Positions 58,222 through 64,000 of a DNA stretch of 64,000 nt are shown here, one piece after another. Where the stretch lies: the NCBI GenBank assembly GCA_964016885.1, contig OZ024740.1, positions 410,440,001-410,504,000 on the forward strand, in the 5' to 3' direction. The notes beneath the pieces are model-generated. The model was not told where the DNA came from, made no database searches, and saw only the letters and a list, made by a program, of their open reading frames with translations. Position numbers and translations under genes: made by a program. The stretch comes from Eledone cirrhosa (Eukaryota). How positions within the stretch are numbered: the stretch's first letter is position 1; every line of letters begins with the position of its first letter.

Positions 58222-59280
58222 ATGGAAAGCATCCAGCAAATAGCAAACTCCATCCACCAGAGCATTAGAGTTACTATAGACTACCCAAGTAGACACCCCA
58301 ACCATCGATTACCTGTACTAGACACAGAGCTCTGGTTAGATACTATTAACAACCAAAAACAAATCCTCCATTCCCATTATGCCAAACCCATGACTTCCAA
58401 ACATCTGATCCACCGAAACTCGGCCATTTCGGACCATACCAAAATCAACATACTGATTGCGGATTTGGTACGGGTGATGAGAAATGTGTCCCGCATGTGC
58501 AACCCCGAAGAACTAGAGAGACACATACAACACTTCATCCACCGTATGCAGTTCTCTGGCTACAATCAGAGAGATAGAATCAGAGTGTATAAAGGAGCCA
58601 GAACCAAATGGGAAAAAATGGTAAATAATGACATAAATGGGACCTGCCCCTTGTATAGGAGCAAATTTTGGAATAGAATAGAAAGAACTAAGAACAAGGC
58701 CAATAGAATAAACTCATGGTATGATAGCAATAAATACCAGAGTGTAATGTTCATCAATACAACCCCTAGAGGCGAACTAGCCTACAAATTTAGAAGGGCC
58801 CTAAAGAAACATAATCTCAATATTAAGATAGTAGAAAGACCTGGTACCTCCGTAAAAACACTTATTAGCAAGACATACCCGTTCCAAAGACCCTCATGTA
58901 TAGATAAGAAATGTATAACCTGTAAAATAAGCCCCCATATTAACTGTAAAACTAGAAATGTAGTATATAGCATAAGATGTACTGAAGGACAATGTAGAAA
59001 CAAAAATGTAGTGTACATAGGTGAGACAGCTCGTAGTATAGGGGAACGAATAAATGAACACTGGCGAGACCTCCAAGATAGTAAAGAATCATCTGTGCTC
59101 TACCAACATGCTAAGATAGAACACAGGGGTAAATTAGAGAGCATAGAAATAAAAATAGAATCCACACACAAGAAAGACGCAATGTTTAGGCAAATTACAG
59201 AGGCAGTAAGCATAAAAGAATTAAAACCAAAATTAAATAGAAAATATGAGTGGAACAGCAACATCACAACTTACAATTAA
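58222..59280 (+). CDS. PLE RT thumb + GIY-YIG endonuclease (uninterrupted 352 aa, RT core missing)
   Basis: LPVLD, HYAKP, CIDKKCITC, CKTRNVVYSIRC, YIGETARSIGERINEH, LYQHAKIEH, RQITEAVSI..LNRKYEW. Confidence 0.8.
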   Translation: MESIQQIANSIHQSIRVTIDYPSRHPNHRLPVLDTELWLDTINNQKQILHSHYAKPMTSKHLIHRNSAISDHTKINILIADLVRVMRNVSRMCNPEELERHIQHFIHRMQFSGYNQRDRIRVYKGARTKWEKMVNNDINGTCPLYRSKFWNRIERTKNKANRINSWYDSNKYQSVMFINTTPRGELAYKFRRALKKHNLNIKIVERPGTSVKTLISKTYPFQRPSCIDKKCITCKISPHINCKTRNVVYSIRCTEGQCRNKNVVYIGETARSIGERINEHWRDLQDSKESSVLYQHAKIEHRGKLESIEIKIESTHKKDAMFRQITEAVSIKELKPKLNRKYEWNSNITTYN

Positions 59281-59585
59281 GGACAAAATGAAAACACACA
59301 CACACATAGAACAAACAACTTACAATTGAAAACACACACAAAATGAAAACACACACAAGACAAAATGAAAACACACACACACATAGAAGAAACAACCAAC
59401 CAACAATAAATAAATAAATAAACAAACAAATAGAAAAATATAAATAGAAAAATAGAAAAATGAACACAAACACACACAGACACCCGGATGTGGCGCATGC
59501 GCAAACTGAGCACGCAACCCACACACAAACAAAATGGCGTAGGATAGAAGAAAGGAAAGACACAGAAACGAAGAACGAAATCCCC

Positions 59586-59630
59586 AGTCACTGAAGAGGT
59601 CACAGAGTGTGTGACGAAAGAACTATGACT
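59586..59630 (+). ncRNA. Hammerhead ribozyme (type I)
   Basis: AGTCA-CTGAAGA-G-GTCACA GAGTG TGTGAC-GAAA-GAAC-TA-TGACT; 5-bp helix I and 6-bp helix II. Confidence 0.85.
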
Positions 59631-59785
59631 ATATATATATAAACAACTATCTGGTTGTGGAACCAACCAACCAACCAGAAATTTATAAATTTGTAAATTT
59701 ATAAATATTTAATAAATTAAATTGAAGTGAAAGCAACTGGTGCGTGTGTTTCTTATTGGCAACATGACCCTCCCAAAGTATAACA

Positions 59786-59851
59786 ATATATATATATATA
59801 TATACATATACATGTGTGTGTGTGTGTGTGTGTGTGTGCGTGCGTGTGTGT

Positions 59852-59920
<69 letters not shown>

Positions 59921-59992
59921 TGTGTGTGTCTGTGTGTCTGTGTGTGTATGTGTGTGTATGTGTGTCTGTGTGTGTATGTGAGTGTGTGTGTA
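59786..59992. repeat. (TA)n then (TG)n microsatellite
   Basis: Direct reading. Confidence 0.95.
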
Positions 59993-60386
59993 TTTCTATG
60001 TATCCTCAGCTGGAAAATAAGTAAAACGAAAATCCCGTTGAGTCATAATAGTTTATTTAAAACTGAATTATTACGTTGATAAAATGTGTGGCTTCTAAAT
60101 TCCAAGTATAAATGGAATTTTTAATGGCAGAGTGCACCACTTGATCGTTAAGACTCAAAGTCTTTATTCTTTGAACATATATTTGTAATGCCTACGTAAT
60201 CAGCATTAAGTGGACGTAAATCAAAGTGGACGTAAATCAAGTATCCAGATTGTTATAATCATTGATCAGTGCCATTGTCGTATTATTCTTGAAAAATTTG
60301 GAATATATTACAAACATAAGATGAGTTTATTTTGTCTAAAATGTATAATTACACAGGCAAGATCACGTTGTTACCTATAACAATAA

Positions 60387-60574
60387 TTGTTTCTACTTTT
60401 CGCACAAGGCCAGCAATTATCCCAGTGTATTACTGGTACTTTATTTTGTCTACACCGTAAGGATGAAAGGCAAAGTTGACCTCGGCGGGATTTGAACTCA
60501 GATCATAAAGGGACACAACTCTATGCTGGAAAGAATGGCGTCCGACACTCTACCGAACCTGCCAATCCACTACC
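60387..60574 (-). mobile_element. SINE family A, full length
   Basis: Reverse-complement match to 34086-34280; CAATAAT on both flanks. Confidence 0.92.
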
Positions 60575-61011
60575 AATAATGTCACGATTTTTGATGATAT
60601 ATATTCTATGAAATATATCTATTTTTGCACTTCCTTCTTATCTATCAGCACGTTTGGATTTGCAAAGACGAGTTTCGTGTGTTCCTATTGGTGTGATCAG
60701 CGGGAATCAGCAAAACTCATTGTGATAGTAGAGTAACCTCAGTAATATAATTACATATATGTATAGTTCCTTCAGTATAATGTCGTATTATGACAGCCAC
60801 GATATATAAACGTACAAGTCAATTATATATATTTTAATACATGACGTTGGATTTCAGGGAACTAGGTTTAACATGGTCTATGTTGATAAAGGCATATATC
60901 CCCAATTATCAGAAGTTCTATATACAAGCCGCAAAATCTAGTTATGTTTGTACCAAATTTTATTGGTGTTTTTGAAAAATCTAATCAGCGGAAGTAGCCA
61001 CAGTTTCCGAG

Positions 61012-61460
<449 letters not shown>

Positions 61461-61749
61461 TACACAGTTCAAGAGTAACTAATCTTAAAGAGAGAGATGG
61501 AGATAGGAGAGGAGAGATTGGTGAATTAGTTAGAAGCCAAAGCGTAAAGGCATGTTCTCAATGTGCAATATGCAGTAGAAAGCAGCTAGGTGGCTGGGTT
61601 CATGCAGAAGTTAGGCTCGCAGAGCTGGAAATATTCATTAGTTAAGCAAAACAAGACCACAAATTTCACAAGGAAGACATTATTAAAAGATTGTCAACAT
61701 ATTTAATTTGATGTAAGGAATGTAGAGAATAATATAATAATATTAATAA

Positions 61750-62655
61750 TAATAATGTCAGTTTACAATTGTTTCGCTACTCCATATAATATTTCTGGAT
61801 CAGATGACTATATATCATTATTGATCTGGTTAAGTTGAAAATAATTAACATATTTAAAAACAGAGCGGTTCATCGAAACTTCAAAGGAATATAAATTAAA
61901 ATAAGGAGAGAATGTTACATAATGTAATGTTCCATATATTGGTATTTCACTATGGTGTCCTGGTTGTATTAGTTGTCAGCCATAATCAAGCAGTATTCAT
62001 CTGTCGAGGCTGCATTGTGTGAGATCTGCCTATGGGTAACAAGATGGCTGCCAAAGACATATTTACCTTACTAATTAGAGGGTGGTTTCAGGGGAAGTAA
62101 CTCCTCGAGAGATTAGAAATTGTGGGTAGTTTATAGTTAAGTGCTAATTTTTAAATTTTTTAATTGAGAGACAATGTACGGGAGGTAACTTATAATTATC
62201 TATGTTAGTTATAGCTATTTAACTAATTAGCTACAAGTAAAAATGGGGCTAGATGACTATGTTGGGTCAAATATTCTATTGGCGAAGGAATTAGCCCTTC
62301 GATGTTGTCAGCTAATAGTTACCTCTGTTCTATCGTTAATCGGTAGAGGTCGTGATATAGTTATGTAATATGCTTCGGTAATACAGAGATCACAAGATTT
62401 TCTTTGTCCATTGAACGGTTGGGCCCTAGCCACGATATCCCATTTTAGTGAGTGTTCAATGTTGCTTAATTTAAGGTTTTTAATGAGCCTAGCTAGAGAT
62501 GTCGAACATCTGTTGCTAGGGTCTCGGAAGGAAAAAGAGTGCGCGTTATAGCGTACCTTAAAAGGGTTAGAGGTAGACCCGATATAAGAGCTGGTATTGG
62601 AAGCAGTTTTAACCGTGCACCTATAGACTATGTTGCGTGTCAGGCAGTGTCCATT
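61750..62655 (-). mobile_element. 5'-truncated PLE (Naiad-like GIY-YIG C-terminus plus 3' UTR)
   Basis: [51 protein letters not shown]; hammerhead remnant GAAA-CAATTG-TA at ~61757-61810. Confidence 0.85.
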
Positions 62656-62689
62656 TATATATATATATATAAATATATATATATATATG

Positions 62690-62858
<169 letters not shown>

Positions 62859-62930
62859 TTATATGTATATATATCCTTAAAAGGACTCCAGCTGCATTTT
62901 CGATTTCTTTTCCTTATATATAGTATATAT

Positions 62931-63470
62931 AATGGAAAAATTTGAACAGGGACAAAACAGAGAGGCAGTACAACAAATGTTTATTAATTTCACGCCCTGG
63001 AGAGTGGGGTGTAGGTGGTGGACGACGTTTCGGGCATTAGCCCTTCCTCAGGTGGGAAGTGTGTGGGAACAGAGTTCAAAGGGTGTGTAGGGTAGTGGTG
63101 GAGAGACATATAGCGAAAGGAAACGGTGCGAATGAAAAAATAAAAAATAAAGATAAAAATAAAAATAAAAATATAGCATGATCAAAATACAAGGAATGAG
63201 ATAAATTTAAAAATAAGGCATGCTCAAAATAAACTGAAATTAAAAGGGGGTTAAACAGGTGGTGGAAGGGTGTGGGGTGTGTAGGGGATGTGGCGGGTGG
63301 AGTGGGGAGAGGGAGACGGGGTGTCCGAGCGGGGAGGGCTGAAGGTGGTGTGTGTGTGTAGGTGTGCGTGTGTGTGTGTGTGTGTGTATGTGACAGTAAG
63401 GGTGGGGGGGAGAACGGGGTTGCATGTTCAGGAAGAGGTGTGTGTGTGTGTGTGGGGGGGGGTCGGAGTG
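62931..63470 (-). mobile_element. Solo pseudo-LTR of the 51973-55088 PLE family
   Basis: Reverse complement of ~54600-55088; TA tracts nearby on both sides. Confidence 0.88.
63021..63054 (-). ncRNA. Minimal hammerhead ribozyme
   Basis: Minus: AC-CTGAGGA-A-GGGC TAAT GCCC-GAAA-C-GTC-GT. Confidence 0.75.
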
Positions 63471-63482
63471 TATATATATATA

Positions 63483-63548
<66 letters not shown>

Positions 63549-63554
63549 AAAAAA

Positions 63555-64000
63555 CTGGTATATTCACTGAACCAGAACAATTCTCCCATCCCATTTCTCT
63601 TGACTATTATTTTTTGTTTGTCATAAAATTCTCTAAAAGGCTACATAATAAATTCCCAAATATGGGCGCGAAATTTAATGAACTTGTTCACCTGACGGCC
63701 ATAATTCCATTTATAACCAATCAAATTACATTTATAAAAAAAAGCCTTCGTGAGCCCCTCTTTTTTAAGTAAAAAGAAATTCAAACACTCATATATGAAA
63801 AAAACAACCTGAGCCCCCCCCCCCCCCCCTTGTTTGAAGAACTTTGTAACGCGAACTGGCGCAAAATTTATTATATTTATTGACCAACCAATCAAATTAC
63901 TTCTCTAAAAACCTGGCGTTTCGAGCCACTTTTTTCCATATAAAACAAGTAACATTCAAAGACCAACCACATGTGAGAAAAACCACAGACCCTCCATCTC
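63555..64000 (+). mobile_element. Probable pseudo-LTR related to 48462-49488 (truncated by the window edge)
   Basis: Shares the order GGCGC(G/A)AAA..ACCAA..GAGCCACTTTTTTC..ATAAAACA.GTA with 49205-49295. Confidence 0.5.

Larger units (their letters stand above)
58160..59787 (+). mobile_element. 5'-truncated Penelope-like element with 3' hammerhead
   Basis: Open RT-thumb + GIY-YIG frame followed by UTR; TA tracts on both sides. Confidence 0.9.

Noticed and set aside
60208-60239. 16-bp tandem duplication AAGTGGACGTAAATCA
   Set aside because: An isolated slippage-type duplication with no further structure

Overview
Eukaryotic, gene-poor, repeat-saturated window. The SINE family and the (TA)n/(CA)n density resemble octopus genomes; this is recall-based, not proven. 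I see no host protein-coding gene. 1-31.5 kb is almost all tandem repeat: a 52/54-bp ACC/ACT minisatellite, a ~22-kb 24-bp satellite with kb-scale higher-order duplications, and a GGT/GAT triplet-derived array. The long ORFs there are by-products of stop-free monomers. 31.5-43 kb holds tRNA-derived SINEs, decayed R4/Dong-like, RTE and CRE-like LINE relics, and a hAT-type MITE. 43-64 kb is a dense cluster of Penelope-like elements (PLEs; RT plus GIY-YIG) of several families, most bounded by (TA)n or TA/CA tracts. Many carry minimal hammerhead ribozymes or inverted pseudo-LTRs. The most notable items are the hammerhead set, an in-frame UGA at a conserved Cys in a Naiad-like GIY-YIG (possible selenocysteine, unproven), an E2F/E-box module in pseudo-LTRs, and many fold-back structures. 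All calls were made by eye; family assignments need database confirmation.
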